DNA of 64,000 nucleotides from Syntrophales bacterium (GTDB lineage Bacteria > Desulfobacterota > Syntrophia > Syntrophales > UBA6807), in contig JAXGPA010000001.1 in NCBI GenBank assembly GCA_040767195.1, forward strand, positions 1 through 64,000. The letters run 5' to 3'. Under the pieces are notes generated by a model. The model was given only the letters and a program-made list of their open reading frames with translations. It was not told where the DNA came from and did not search any database. The position numbers and the translations under genes were made by a program. Positions 18,776 through 28,060 of the stretch are shown piece after piece; the stretch's first letter is position 1, and each line of letters opens with the position of its first letter.

Positions 18776-19201
18776 ATGTATTTCGAAGAGATTGAGATCG
18801 GCAAGGTGTACCGTTCGCCCGTCACCAAACCCATCACGGGGACGGAAATCGATCTTGTTTCCCAGATGTCGGGAATGGATCTGCCCGGTTTTTTAAACGC
18901 CGACTTCGCGAGATCCATCGGCTTCAAGGACAGGGTGACGCCAGGGGCGTACATCATCGCGAGCATGATCGGGCTCATGGCGAAACAGGGTTTCCTGGCC
19001 CACGCGATCTGGGTGAAGTCGACGGACATATCCTTTAGAACGCCCGCCTTTCCCGGCGACCGCCTTTCCGCGGAGGTGGAAGTGCTTGCCAAGAAAGAGG
19101 GAAAAAAAGGGGGAGCCGTCACCTACCGGTGGAAGGTGCGCAACCAGGACGACAAGCTCGTCGCCGAGGGCGTCAACACCTGACTGTTCCCCGGCGGATA
19201 A
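18776..19201 (+). CDS. MaoC/hot-dog fold protein; ends 19183 if UGA is a stop, 19201 if UGA is Sec
   Basis: GAAAGGAGG RBS; MYFEEIEIG, F.TPAFPGDRL, VRNQDDKLVAEG; TGA then CTG TTC CCC GGC GGA TAA. Confidence 0.85.
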
Positions 19202-19291
19202 TCATCCGTAGGATGATTGAATACTCTTAAAAAAGGCCGGTTTCGGGCGAAACAGCCCCCCTTTCGGACCTCAGCCTGACGATTCGCCCTT

Positions 19292-20101
19292 TTACTGATG
19301 AAGGTGAACGTCCTGCTGCGGGAAGGGGATGCGGATGCCCTCGGCGTCGAAGCGCTTTTTCACGGTCTCGTTCAGGTCGAAGAAGACGTTCCAGTAATCC
19401 CCTGTCGGCACCCACGGGCGTACGGCGAAATTGACGCTGCTGCCGGCCAGTTCCAGGACGGCGACCGTCGGCGGCGGGTCCGCGAGGATCCGCCTTTCCG
19501 CTTTCAGGACATCGTAAAGCACCGCCCTCACCTTCTGAAGGTCATCATCGTAGCTCACCCCGAACGTGAGGTCCATTCGCCTTATCTTTTTTGCGGAATA
19601 ATTGACAATGTTGTCGGCCGTCATCTTGGCGTTCGGCACAATGATGGCGCGGTTGTCGGGGCTTTTGAGATGGGTCGTGAATATGCCGATCTCTTCGACC
19701 GTGCCGGCCGTTCCGCCCCCTTCGATGTAGTCATTTACCTTGAAGGGGCGGAAGATGAGCAGGAGAATCCCGGCGGCAAAATTCGCCAGGGACCCCTGGA
19801 GGGCCAGGCCTACGGCGAGTCCCGCGGCGCCGATGATCGCGATGAGGGACGTCGTCTGAACCCCGAGCTGGTTAATCGTTGCGATGATAACGACGGTGAG
19901 CACAAGGGCATACGTCAGGTTCGCGATGAAAGGAACGAGCGTCTCGTCCACTTTCCCCTTTTCCATGACCTTGACGACGACCTTCTTAAGGGCTTTCGCC
20001 ACCCAGCGGCCGATGACGAACACGGCGATCGCCGCCACGATTTTAAGACCGTAGAACATGAACCATTCCTGCAACTTGGGAATTATCACGCTGACATCCA
20101 C
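19292..20101 (-). CDS. mscS: Small-conductance mechanosensitive channel
   Basis: GAAGLAVGLALQGSLANFAAG, RPFKVND, IPFPQQDVH. Confidence 0.92.
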   Translation of the reverse strand: MDVSVIIPKLQEWFMFYGLKIVAAIAVFVIGRWVAKALKKVVVKVMEKGKVDETLVPFIANLTYALVLTVVIIATINQLGVQTTSLIAIIGAAGLAVGLALQGSLANFAAGILLLIFRPFKVNDYIEGGGTAGTVEEIGIFTTHLKSPDNRAIIVPNAKMTADNIVNYSAKKIRRMDLTFGVSYDDDLQKVRAVLYDVLKAERRILADPPPTVAVLELAGSSVNFAVRPWVPTGDYWNVFFDLNETVKKRFDAEGIRIPFPQQDVHLHQ

Positions 20102-20312
20102 AATTCCGTCTCCTTTCGTTTCCTTTACAGTTCTCCCTTTTTTCAGGTAACCGCTTTGTAATGCGAAAAAGAACGCTCCTCATGGGCCGTTTTCAAAACC
20201 CCATGCCACAGAACCGTCCAGCCTTCTTTTCCGTGGGCCCTCAGGCGCTTTCCGGCGTCAAGGCAGCCTTTACCCCCTTGACAAAGAAGCGGCGGCAGTC
20301 GGCCCGGTCCAT

Positions 20313-21491
20313 TCACGGTTCCAGGCCGAGGGCTTTAGCCCTTTTCAACCACTGCTGTCTCGCCAGGGCCTGCATGTCTTCCACGCTGTCCATCTCGTCG
20401 GTTATCTCGATGCCCAGCAGTGTCTCCATGACATCCTCCAGGGTCACCAGCCCGCACGTTCCCCCGTACTCGTCGACGACGATGACGATGTGCCGGCGTT
20501 CCTCGAGAAGAAACTCCAGGAGCATCGACAGGGACATGGACTCCGGAACGGCGCCGATGTGACGCTTCAGTGTTTCAAGCTTGACAGCGGCCCGGCCCTG
20601 GGCCTTGCAGCTCAGGATCTCATCCTTGAGGACGAACCCGGTGATGTCGTCAATGTCCGTCCCGTAAACGGGAAGGCGCGAGAACGGTATCTTCGTGTTA
20701 CCGCTCAAGACGTCATCTACCGTCATGTCCTGGGGAAAAGCCAGTATGACGGTGCGCGGTGTCATGATATTCGTAATCCGGATCGAACCGAATCGAAAGA
20801 GGCTGCGGATGATGCGAGACTCCTCTTTCTTCAGGTAACCGCCCTGCTCGCCGACGGCCGCCATGGCAATAAATTCCTCGCGGCTGAACACATGGGCCTT
20901 TTTTCCTTTTGCGATGATCCTTGTCAACCCCTCGGAAACCCACACAAGGGGATAAAGGACGACGATGAGCCCTTTCACGAAAAAAGCCGTGGCCCCCACA
21001 AATTTAGGCCAGTAGACGGCCCCTATGGTTTTGGGGATGATCTCGGACAGGAACAGGATCATGAGCGTCATGACCGCCGAAAAGGCGCCGATCCAGTCAC
21101 TTCCGAACACGACAGCCGCCTCCGCCCCGGCCACGATGGCCCCGACGGTGTGGGCTATGGTGTTCAAGGTTAGAATCGCCGCGAGGGACCGGTCCACGTT
21201 TTCAATCCGAAGCCTCCTCAAAATTGCCGCCCGTCGGGGCTGTTTTACCCCCAGGCTCTCGATGTACGAAGGCGTGAGACTCAACAGGACCGCCTCTGTC
21301 AGGGAACAGAGGAACGACACGGTCAGGGCCAGAAGGACGAAAGTCACCAGAAGCACGGTTGCCCCATGCACGTCCGCGCCGGTCGGGCCTCCCACACTGC
21401 CGGAACCGCCGGCGTACACGGGGGCCGCTGAAATCATCAGCAAGACGAAGGCTGGAATCGGTAGAGCATTTTTAAGATCCGGTCTCATCAT
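20313..21491 (-). CDS. CNNM/DUF21-CBS domain protein (CorB/hemolysin family)
   Basis: SFLCSLTEAVLLS, LSEIIPKT, IMTPR, VVDEYGG..GLVTLED. Confidence 0.9.
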   Translation of the reverse strand: MMRPDLKNALPIPAFVLLMISAAPVYAGGSGSVGGPTGADVHGATVLLVTFVLLALTVSFLCSLTEAVLLSLTPSYIESLGVKQPRRAAILRRLRIENVDRSLAAILTLNTIAHTVGAIVAGAEAAVVFGSDWIGAFSAVMTLMILFLSEIIPKTIGAVYWPKFVGATAFFVKGLIVVLYPLVWVSEGLTRIIAKGKKAHVFSREEFIAMAAVGEQGGYLKKEESRIIRSLFRFGSIRITNIMTPRTVILAFPQDMTVDDVLSGNTKIPFSRLPVYGTDIDDITGFVLKDEILSCKAQGRAAVKLETLKRHIGAVPESMSLSMLLEFLLEERRHIVIVVDEYGGTCGLVTLEDVMETLLGIEITDEMDSVEDMQALARQQWLKRAKALGLEP

Positions 21492-22031
21492 CGTGACTGT
21501 TCTCCTTTTCGGGAATCTTGTTCACCGCCCGCACCCGGACCGGGCAAAAGGTCTTCCGGCCCGGTGAAAAGCCTCTCAACGGGAGGCTTTCGAGCAGGCC
21601 TTTTCAGCCGGAGGATATCAGGCGGACCGGGAGGGAGATTCATCGGGCCGCTTTGCCTCTACAAGGAAAGGCGAGCCTCATTCCCATCTTTTCCTTGTTT
21701 TCCAGGGGTATTGTGGAATGGAGCGTCCTTATTTACTGTGCATGCGGGCCTCCGCCAATAGTCATATCACACTCGCCGTTCAGCGTAAACCGGTGCGGTT
21801 CGAGTGAAGGGGCAAACCGGTCGAACATCACCCTGTCTCCCCGCTTCCGGTGCGGTGACCGTGCCGGGGAAATTACATTGTTTTCCCTTCAAGGAATTTA
21901 ACAGGGCGGGACAAATCAGGCCTTCCGCGACCGCCCGGGAAACGAGACGGCATGAAGAAGCCCGACTCGGTCTTCACGGCTTAATTAATGGTGTTCCAGG
22001 GTTTGAAAAGAAAGAAACGAGATTCTGAAAT

Positions 22032-23063
22032 CTACTTGATTTCCCCCAGTTTCTTCAGGAGGTCCCGGGCTTTTTCAATGTCTCTCCGGGCGTCGGGATG
22101 GTCGGGATTGAGGGCCAGGGTGAGCTGCCATTCTTCAATGGCCTCATCCATCTTTTCGTTGATGAAAAATTTGATGCCGTTTCGATAATGCCTGTTCGCC
22201 TCCTCCAACATTTTTGACATGAATTCGTTGGCGTCGCGGTTTCCGATATCCTCTGCCAAGACCTTTTTCGCGCAGGTCCTCGCCTCACCGTATTTTCCAT
22301 CCTCATAAAGACAGGAAGCCATGTACATGAGATCGTCATGGGCGTCATCCCGGGTGAGCTGTTCCGGCTCCGCTTCCGGTTCCTCGTAGAGTTCAGCGGC
22401 GGCGGCTTCCTCGGGCCGCTCCTCCCCGGAAATCAGCTCCTTTTTTTCCGCTTCAGGCTCTTTTTCCTCCGACGCCACCGGGGAGAGCTCGCGGATGGGC
22501 AATTTCAGGACCGTTCCCGGCTTCAGCGTCTTGTCCTTCCCCATGTCGTTGAAATAGGCGATGATGGACACGCTTTCCCGATCCCGGTAAGTTTTTTCGG
22601 CAATGCCTTCCAGGGTGTCACCGGGCTTTGTCGTGTAAAGGGTATACACCCTGTCCCGGAGCCTGTCCCGGAGATAGCGCAAGGCCTCTTCATGGGCGGG
22701 GTCATAGGCCAGGACGAGAAGAAATTCCTTCCGGGCCCGATCCGTGGCCCCTTTTTTATAAAAAGACTCGCCCCTGTTGAAGTGATTTTTCGCTCTCCTG
22801 GCGATCTCCCGTTTCAGTTCCTGTATTTTTTTCGCCGAAGCCCGGTCCTCCGGTCGAAAGGCCGAGACCATCTCCCATCGTTGAAGCGCCTCCCGAAGCT
22901 GACCTTTTTTCTCGAGTTGCGCCGCCTTCGCCGCGACGGCGTCAGGAAAAGGAAGAAAGACGTCTTCGTCCGCCTTTTTCGTCTGCATTCCCGCACAGCC
23001 GCAAAGAAAAAGAATGAGGATTCCGAATCCGATTAACGGGGCCCGTTTTTTCATCATTTTCAC
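22032..23063 (-). CDS. LysM- and TPR-containing lipoprotein
   Basis: LCGC lipobox; YTTKPGDTLEGIAEKTY..LKPGTVLKLP (LysM); TPR-like helices. Confidence 0.8.
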   Translation of the reverse strand: MKMMKKRAPLIGFGILILFLCGCAGMQTKKADEDVFLPFPDAVAAKAAQLEKKGQLREALQRWEMVSAFRPEDRASAKKIQELKREIARRAKNHFNRGESFYKKGATDRARKEFLLVLAYDPAHEEALRYLRDRLRDRVYTLYTTKPGDTLEGIAEKTYRDRESVSIIAYFNDMGKDKTLKPGTVLKLPIRELSPVASEEKEPEAEKKELISGEERPEEAAAAELYEEPEAEPEQLTRDDAHDDLMYMASCLYEDGKYGEARTCAKKVLAEDIGNRDANEFMSKMLEEANRHYRNGIKFFINEKMDEAIEEWQLTLALNPDHPDARRDIEKARDLLKKLGEIK

Positions 23064-24064
23064 CTCATGGCCTTGGAGCTGAAAGTGGCCAGGTTCTTCT
23101 CGAATTTTTTCAAGTCATAGTCTCCGTAAATCGTGGACCGGTTGATCCGGTAGGGGTCCACGAAAAAAGGATTGCTCCCCCGCTTGACGGTGAACGCCCC
23201 GTCGAATCCCATCTTTTCCAGGAAGGCGATGACCAGGGGTCCCGTGTCTCCGTATGGGTAGGCGAGGTACCGTATCTCCTTTTTCAAACCGAACTGTTCA
23301 TAGGACCTGGAACAGGTGAGTTCCTGGCGGAGCCGGTTGAAATACGCGGAGGCGGTTTCGCCGTCCACCGACTTGGCCAGATTGCAGTGGGTCGCCGTGT
23401 GAAACTGAATGTCCAATCCGCCTTTCTTCAGTTCCCCGACCTCATCCCAGTTGAGGGTGATTTTCTTGGGGTTGTTGATCATGTCGGTACATATGAAGAG
23501 CGTTGCCGGATACCCGTAGGCCTTCAGTACGGGAAAGGCGATATCGTAGGTGGAACGCCAGCCGTCATCGATGGTGATGACCACCGATTTGCTGGGGATG
23601 GGCGCCTTGTACCGTATGAAATCAATCAGCTGATTCAGGGAGATGACATGATACCCCTTGTCCTTGAGAAATTTCATCTGGGCCTCGAAGTCACTCTTTT
23701 TGACAATCATCTTGCCCGATTCGGTAAGAGAGAAGTTGTGATAGCAGAGGACCGGGACGGTCTGGTAACCCCGGGTGGTGACACCGCCCGGTGGCGGGGG
23801 CTGAAGGGGTACAATGACGCGGTCTCCCGGTTTAACCGTGTCGATGCCGTTGAAATCCCCGATGACCCATCCCTTCGAGGGATCGTTCAGGTATTTTTTC
23901 GCCAGGCCGGAAAGGGTCTCCCCGTCTCCGGGGACGACGGCGACGAAACCGGGATACGTCCTGGCTTTCGTGGGCACGCCGGCACAGCCCCCCAGAAGCA
24001 GAAGAGACAGGAGGATAATCCAGATGCACCGGGATCTTCTCTTCCTACCGTTGTCGTTTCTCAT
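23060..24064 (-). CDS. Polysaccharide deacetylase (CE4) lipoprotein with LysM-like domain
   Basis: LGGC lipobox; GETLSGLAKKYL; VPVLCYH, ITIDDGW, HTATH, LAYPYG. Confidence 0.88.
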   Translation of the reverse strand: MRNDNGRKRRSRCIWIILLSLLLLGGCAGVPTKARTYPGFVAVVPGDGETLSGLAKKYLNDPSKGWVIGDFNGIDTVKPGDRVIVPLQPPPPGGVTTRGYQTVPVLCYHNFSLTESGKMIVKKSDFEAQMKFLKDKGYHVISLNQLIDFIRYKAPIPSKSVVITIDDGWRSTYDIAFPVLKAYGYPATLFICTDMINNPKKITLNWDEVGELKKGGLDIQFHTATHCNLAKSVDGETASAYFNRLRQELTCSRSYEQFGLKKEIRYLAYPYGDTGPLVIAFLEKMGFDGAFTVKRGSNPFFVDPYRINRSTIYGDYDLKKFEKNLATFSSKAMR

Positions 24065-25797
24065 GTCTTCTCTTCCTCTCCCCTCTCTCTCATTTCCATC
24101 ACCCGGTAAACCTCGATTTCCTTTGATTTTCCCTTGACCTTCTGGGGCGGCAGAACTTCCGCTGAAACGATATCCCGGACCTGGTCGTAGACGGTCCGGC
24201 TGATGATGATGTCGCCGGGACCGGCCAGGTGATTGAGCCTCGACGCGAGGTTGACGCTGTCACCGATGATGGAGTATTCCATTTTCACCTGTGATCCCAG
24301 GTTCCCCGCCACCACGACGCCCGAATTGACACCGATGCCCACCCTGCCTAAAAGCTCCCGGTTTTCCGATGCCTCGCGGAACCGCTGCTGCATCTCCAGG
24401 CAGGCCCGGACGGCCCGCTCCCCGTGGTCGGTGATTGTCGCGGGAACGCCGAAGACGCCGAGAACGGCGTCACCGATGAACTTGTCCACGTACCCGCCGT
24501 ATTCCAGGATACAGCGGGTGGCGATGGAAAAATATTCGTTGAGGTCTTCCACGATCCGCTCCGGCTCCGTCGATTCGGAATAGGCCGTGAACCCGCGAAT
24601 ATCGGTGAAGAGAATGGTGGCCTCGCTCCGCATCCCCTTGAGCCACTGCCGTTCCGGGTCTTCGAGAATGAGCTTCAGAATCCCCGGGCTCACGTATCGG
24701 CCGAAAGTCTCCTGGAGAAGGGATTTCATCTTCAGCTCGTCGGACATGTAATTGAAGGATTCCGCCAGGGTGCCCAGCTCGTCCTTCCTCTTCATGGGAA
24801 CCTGGAAACCGAAATTGCCCCGGGCGATCTGCCGGGTCGCCGAGACGAGTTTTTCAATGGGCCGGGAAAAGGTTATCCCGAACAGAATGGCGAAAAGAAT
24901 CCCGGCCACGGTAATGACAAGACCGAGGAGAAAAATAAAGGTCCGCTCCTTCCCGATCTGTTCCCGGATAAAGTCGATGGAAATGCCCACGTGGGCCTGA
25001 CCCAACTTCTTTTCCCCGAAGGCGATCTCCCTGGAAAGGTTCAGTATGGGGATGCCGGCGTCGTTGCGATAGGTGAAATAGGTAAACTCCCCCTCCCGGG
25101 CCGCTTTTCCCTCCGATTCGGGAAAGGGCTCAAAGTCCTTCCCGATCTTTTGAACGTCTGAATGGCCCTTGATCCTGCCGTCGCTGCCCACGATAAAAGC
25201 GTAGACGAGTCCTTCCACGGAAGCGGCTTCCTTGACGATGGCGTTCAGCTCGAGAATGTTATCGTCGAGAAGTGGGATCTTGGCGTTGCTGGTGAAATAG
25301 GCGAGACTGACTTTTCCCGTCTTGACCGTTTCCTGGTAGAGGCTCTCCTGCTGCCTTTGCAGGACGAACAGGCTGACCACGAGAAGGGTGACGCCGATGA
25401 TGAAAACAACGGCAAGGGTCAGTTGGAACTTGATGGGAAGGCGGAGGGAACCAAGACCGCCGAACCGGGAACCGGACCTGGTGAGAATCTGCCTGGAGGC
25501 CTCTTCATCCAGGGTCTCCACCTGGGTGCCGTAATACCGGTTCAGCGCGGAAAGAAGTTCGCTTTCCGCCGCAAGCCCCCGGGACAGGATCTCCCGGGAG
25601 AAAACGACGGCCGGCGCCTTTTCGGGAGGAAAGGCAAGATCGCTGTTTGTGATCTCTTCCAGGCTTTCCTGGGAAAGAAGGCCCTCTTCGACAAGAAACC
25701 TGCCGTAACGTAAAACGTCCCTTTCTCTGCGGTGGAGGACGTGGAAGCGTGAAAAAGAAAACCCGAAAGGAATGAACGACCGGAACGACACCCTCAT
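24061..25797 (-). CDS. Membrane class III adenylate cyclase with HAMP and an N-terminal MshEN-like segment
   Basis: ILFTDIRGFT, VDKFIGDAV, EYSIIGDSVNLASRL; HAMP (RKDELGTLAESFN); two TM helices. Confidence 0.9.
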   Translation of the reverse strand: MRVSFRSFIPFGFSFSRFHVLHRRERDVLRYGRFLVEEGLLSQESLEEITNSDLAFPPEKAPAVVFSREILSRGLAAESELLSALNRYYGTQVETLDEEASRQILTRSGSRFGGLGSLRLPIKFQLTLAVVFIIGVTLLVVSLFVLQRQQESLYQETVKTGKVSLAYFTSNAKIPLLDDNILELNAIVKEAASVEGLVYAFIVGSDGRIKGHSDVQKIGKDFEPFPESEGKAAREGEFTYFTYRNDAGIPILNLSREIAFGEKKLGQAHVGISIDFIREQIGKERTFIFLLGLVITVAGILFAILFGITFSRPIEKLVSATRQIARGNFGFQVPMKRKDELGTLAESFNYMSDELKMKSLLQETFGRYVSPGILKLILEDPERQWLKGMRSEATILFTDIRGFTAYSESTEPERIVEDLNEYFSIATRCILEYGGYVDKFIGDAVLGVFGVPATITDHGERAVRACLEMQQRFREASENRELLGRVGIGVNSGVVVAGNLGSQVKMEYSIIGDSVNLASRLNHLAGPGDIIISRTVYDQVRDIVSAEVLPPQKVKGKSKEIEVYRVMEMRERGEEEKT

Positions 25798-25836
25798 TTC
25801 CCCCTATCGACCCTGTTGCCGCTATACTGCTTGAGA

Positions 25837-25865
25837 ACTCTATCCTCCACCCTTCCTTATGTCAA
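25837..25865 (-). promoter_or_regulatory. Putative sigma70 promoter of the cyclase operon
   Basis: Minus strand TTGACA-17 bp-TAGAGT. Confidence 0.55.
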
Positions 25866-26082
25866 GCTGATTTTCGCGGGGTCGGACCAAGTCAACATAT
25901 TAAAATAACTTGATAATAGCTTTTTATAAGCCCGTTTTTAAGCCTTAGAAGGCCCTTTTCGGCCCCAAAACGGCGTTTTTAAGGGATCAGATGGACATCC
26001 CGGGCCGACGGTTCCCAAACCGACGGCTCAGGATAAAGAAACGGAGGCGATGGCATGGCAGGTCATGGCGAAAAGGGGCTGT

Positions 26083-27012
26083 TTACCCGAACGTCCCGTT
26101 GTCCTCTCCCTCTTCAAGGTCTTCCCGTTCCCGCCATGCCTTTATTTTCCGCCGGTAACGGAGAAACCCGACAAATGCCGCCACGGCGCCCAGGAAAAAG
26201 AGAAATTCATACAGGTACCGGGACAGATAAAAAAGCCAGCCCGTGAACCCTTTCATGTGCCGGCGCCACAGATTCTCGAAATCCTCCAGGGACATCCCGT
26301 AAACAGACCTGAAGGCTTCGGACACCGTTTCTCCCCGGGCCATCTCTCTCAACAGCGATGACAGGTTCTCCGATCCATTCTCCTTGACCAGGAATTCGAC
26401 CACGCTCCGGCTTTTTTCATAGGCATAGCGTATATCCCGCTCCTGCCCGCGAAAGAAAGGGTCGAGGCGATCCAGGGGAACATCCCGGCCCGTCAGCACC
26501 GCCCCGGGCAGAAAATAGGGGCGACGGGGGGCCGCCATTTCCGAGATTCCCCCGCTCACCCATTGAGCGACGCCCTCGTCGAGCCAGCGGGGAAGGTTGC
26601 CGTGTTCGATGGCGTCATGAAGAATCAGGTGACAGAGTTCATGTTTCAGAACGGGAGAAAGAGGCATCGACGCCGCTCTCATGCGGTGAAGAAGAAGGAC
26701 CACAAGGCCTTCCGCCGGACGGGCGTAAGCGACGAAGTGAAACGCCTCCCCGGGAGAACGATCCCGGTCGCCGCCTTCCGTCAAAAGGACCGCGGGACGG
26801 TAGGAAAGGTGGAACCCCAGGGTCTGCTCCAACTCACCACGGACTTCCCGGTAAAGACCTGGAATCTCCGGGGCGCCCGAGGCTGCCGATGAATCGTAAA
26901 GCACGGTCACATCCGGCGCTTCCAGGACCTGGAAGGTCGCCGCAGGCGCCAAACCGGCGAGGCTGATCCAAATAAGGACTGAAAGCAGGTTTCGTATCAC
27001 CGAGATGGGCAT
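26083..27012 (-). CDS. Peptidase MA-like zinc metalloprotein (signal peptide, C-terminal TM)
   Basis: HELCH followed by PRWLDEGVAQW; start MPISVIRNLL gives a signal peptide. Confidence 0.8.
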   Translation of the reverse strand: MPISVIRNLLSVLIWISLAGLAPAATFQVLEAPDVTVLYDSSAASGAPEIPGLYREVRGELEQTLGFHLSYRPAVLLTEGGDRDRSPGEAFHFVAYARPAEGLVVLLLHRMRAASMPLSPVLKHELCHLILHDAIEHGNLPRWLDEGVAQWVSGGISEMAAPRRPYFLPGAVLTGRDVPLDRLDPFFRGQERDIRYAYEKSRSVVEFLVKENGSENLSSLLREMARGETVSEAFRSVYGMSLEDFENLWRRHMKGFTGWLFYLSRYLYEFLFFLGAVAAFVGFLRYRRKIKAWREREDLEEGEDNGTFG

Positions 27013-27147
27013 CGGACGTTCTCTTCGGCGGGACGGCGTCGTCATCAATACCCGTGGGGCCCGGGTCCTCGCCGTCCCTCTGTGCGGGTACCCTGCCGGG
27101 CGGCCGGACCGGGAAGGAAACACGGGATGAACGCGAAAAAAATAAGG

Positions 27148-27314
27148 TTGATGAACTCGTAAAAACTCGAAAAATGTTCCGTTACAGACGGCTTTGTAAA
27201 AAGATCCAGAGGCAAGGCGCCCAAGTCCTGAGGAATGAGACGTACTTATTGGTACGTCGCAATGACGAGGGATGAAGGGCAACGCAGCATATGGACTTTT
27301 TACGAAGTCGTCAA
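27148..27314. repeat. MITE-like palindromic element (repeat family B)
   Basis: Imperfect terminal IR TTGATGAACTCGTAAAAA / TTTTTACGAAGTCGTCAA; inner GACGGCTTTGTAAAAAG; central GACGTAC-GTACGTC hairpin; related copies near 43516 and 62844. Confidence 0.8.
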
Positions 27315-27316
27315 GG

Positions 27317-28057
27317 TTAACCGCTCTTTTTGCGTAGAGCCGCCCCCCCCAGGTAGGCTTCCTGAATCCTGGGATTCGAGCGAAGTTCGGCCGCTGAACC
27401 GGACATGGCCATGTTGCCGCTCTCGAGGACGTACCCCTTGTGGGCGATCCCCAGGGCCTTGTGGGCGTTCTGTTCCACCAGGAGTATGGTCGTCCCCTGC
27501 CGGTTGATTTCATCGATGATCTGAAAAATCTGACCGACCAGGATCGGGGCCAGGCCGAGCGACGGCTCGTCGAGAAGAAGCACCCTGGGATGACTCATGA
27601 GAGCTCTCCCGATGGCGAGCATCTGCTGTTCCCCCCCGGAAAGGGTTCCCGAAAGCTGCTTTCTTCTCTCCCGGAGTAAGGGGAAAAGAGAGAATACCCG
27701 TTCCTTGCCCTCTTCCACGTCCTTTCTCTTTTTCCGGTAGACGAAGGCGCCCAGGTTTAAATTTTCCTCCACCGTGAGGGTGGAAAACACCTTTCTTCCC
27801 TCGGGGGATTGAGAAATACCCTTCTCGACGATCCGGTGCGCCCGTTCACCGTTCAGGATTTCCCCCCTGTAAAGGATGCGTCCTTCCGAAACGGGAACAA
27901 GACCGCACAGGGCATTGAGAAGGGTCGTCTTCCCCGCGCCATTGGCCCCGAGGACGGTGGCGATTTCCCCCTCATCGAGATACAGGGTCACGCCCTTGAG
28001 GGCTTCCACGGCCCCATACCGGACGGACAGGTCTTCTATCACGAGGATGGGCGCCAT
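27317..28057 (-). CDS. livF: Branched-chain amino acid ABC transporter ATP-binding protein
   Basis: GANGAGKT, LSGGEQQMLAIGRAL, LLDEPSLGLAP, LLVEQN. Confidence 0.92.
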   Translation of the reverse strand: MAPILVIEDLSVRYGAVEALKGVTLYLDEGEIATVLGANGAGKTTLLNALCGLVPVSEGRILYRGEILNGERAHRIVEKGISQSPEGRKVFSTLTVEENLNLGAFVYRKKRKDVEEGKERVFSLFPLLRERRKQLSGTLSGGEQQMLAIGRALMSHPRVLLLDEPSLGLAPILVGQIFQIIDEINRQGTTILLVEQNAHKALGIAHKGYVLESGNMAMSGSAAELRSNPRIQEAYLGGAALRKKSG

Positions 28058-28060
28058 GAT

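Noticed and set aside
21500..22020. Possible metal or fluoride riboswitch upstream of the CNNM gene
   Set aside because: GGCGGAGGCCCGC only partly resembles the fluoride motif and lacks GATG and the downstream GCTGATG; no yybP or M-box pattern recognised.
25880..25990. AT-rich tract as an IS end or att site
   Set aside because: No partner repeat found; adequately explained as the promoter-upstream region.
27013..27513. N-terminal extension of the 476-aa ORF
   Set aside because: It runs through the livF end and the family B repeat; the signal peptide indicates a start at 27012.
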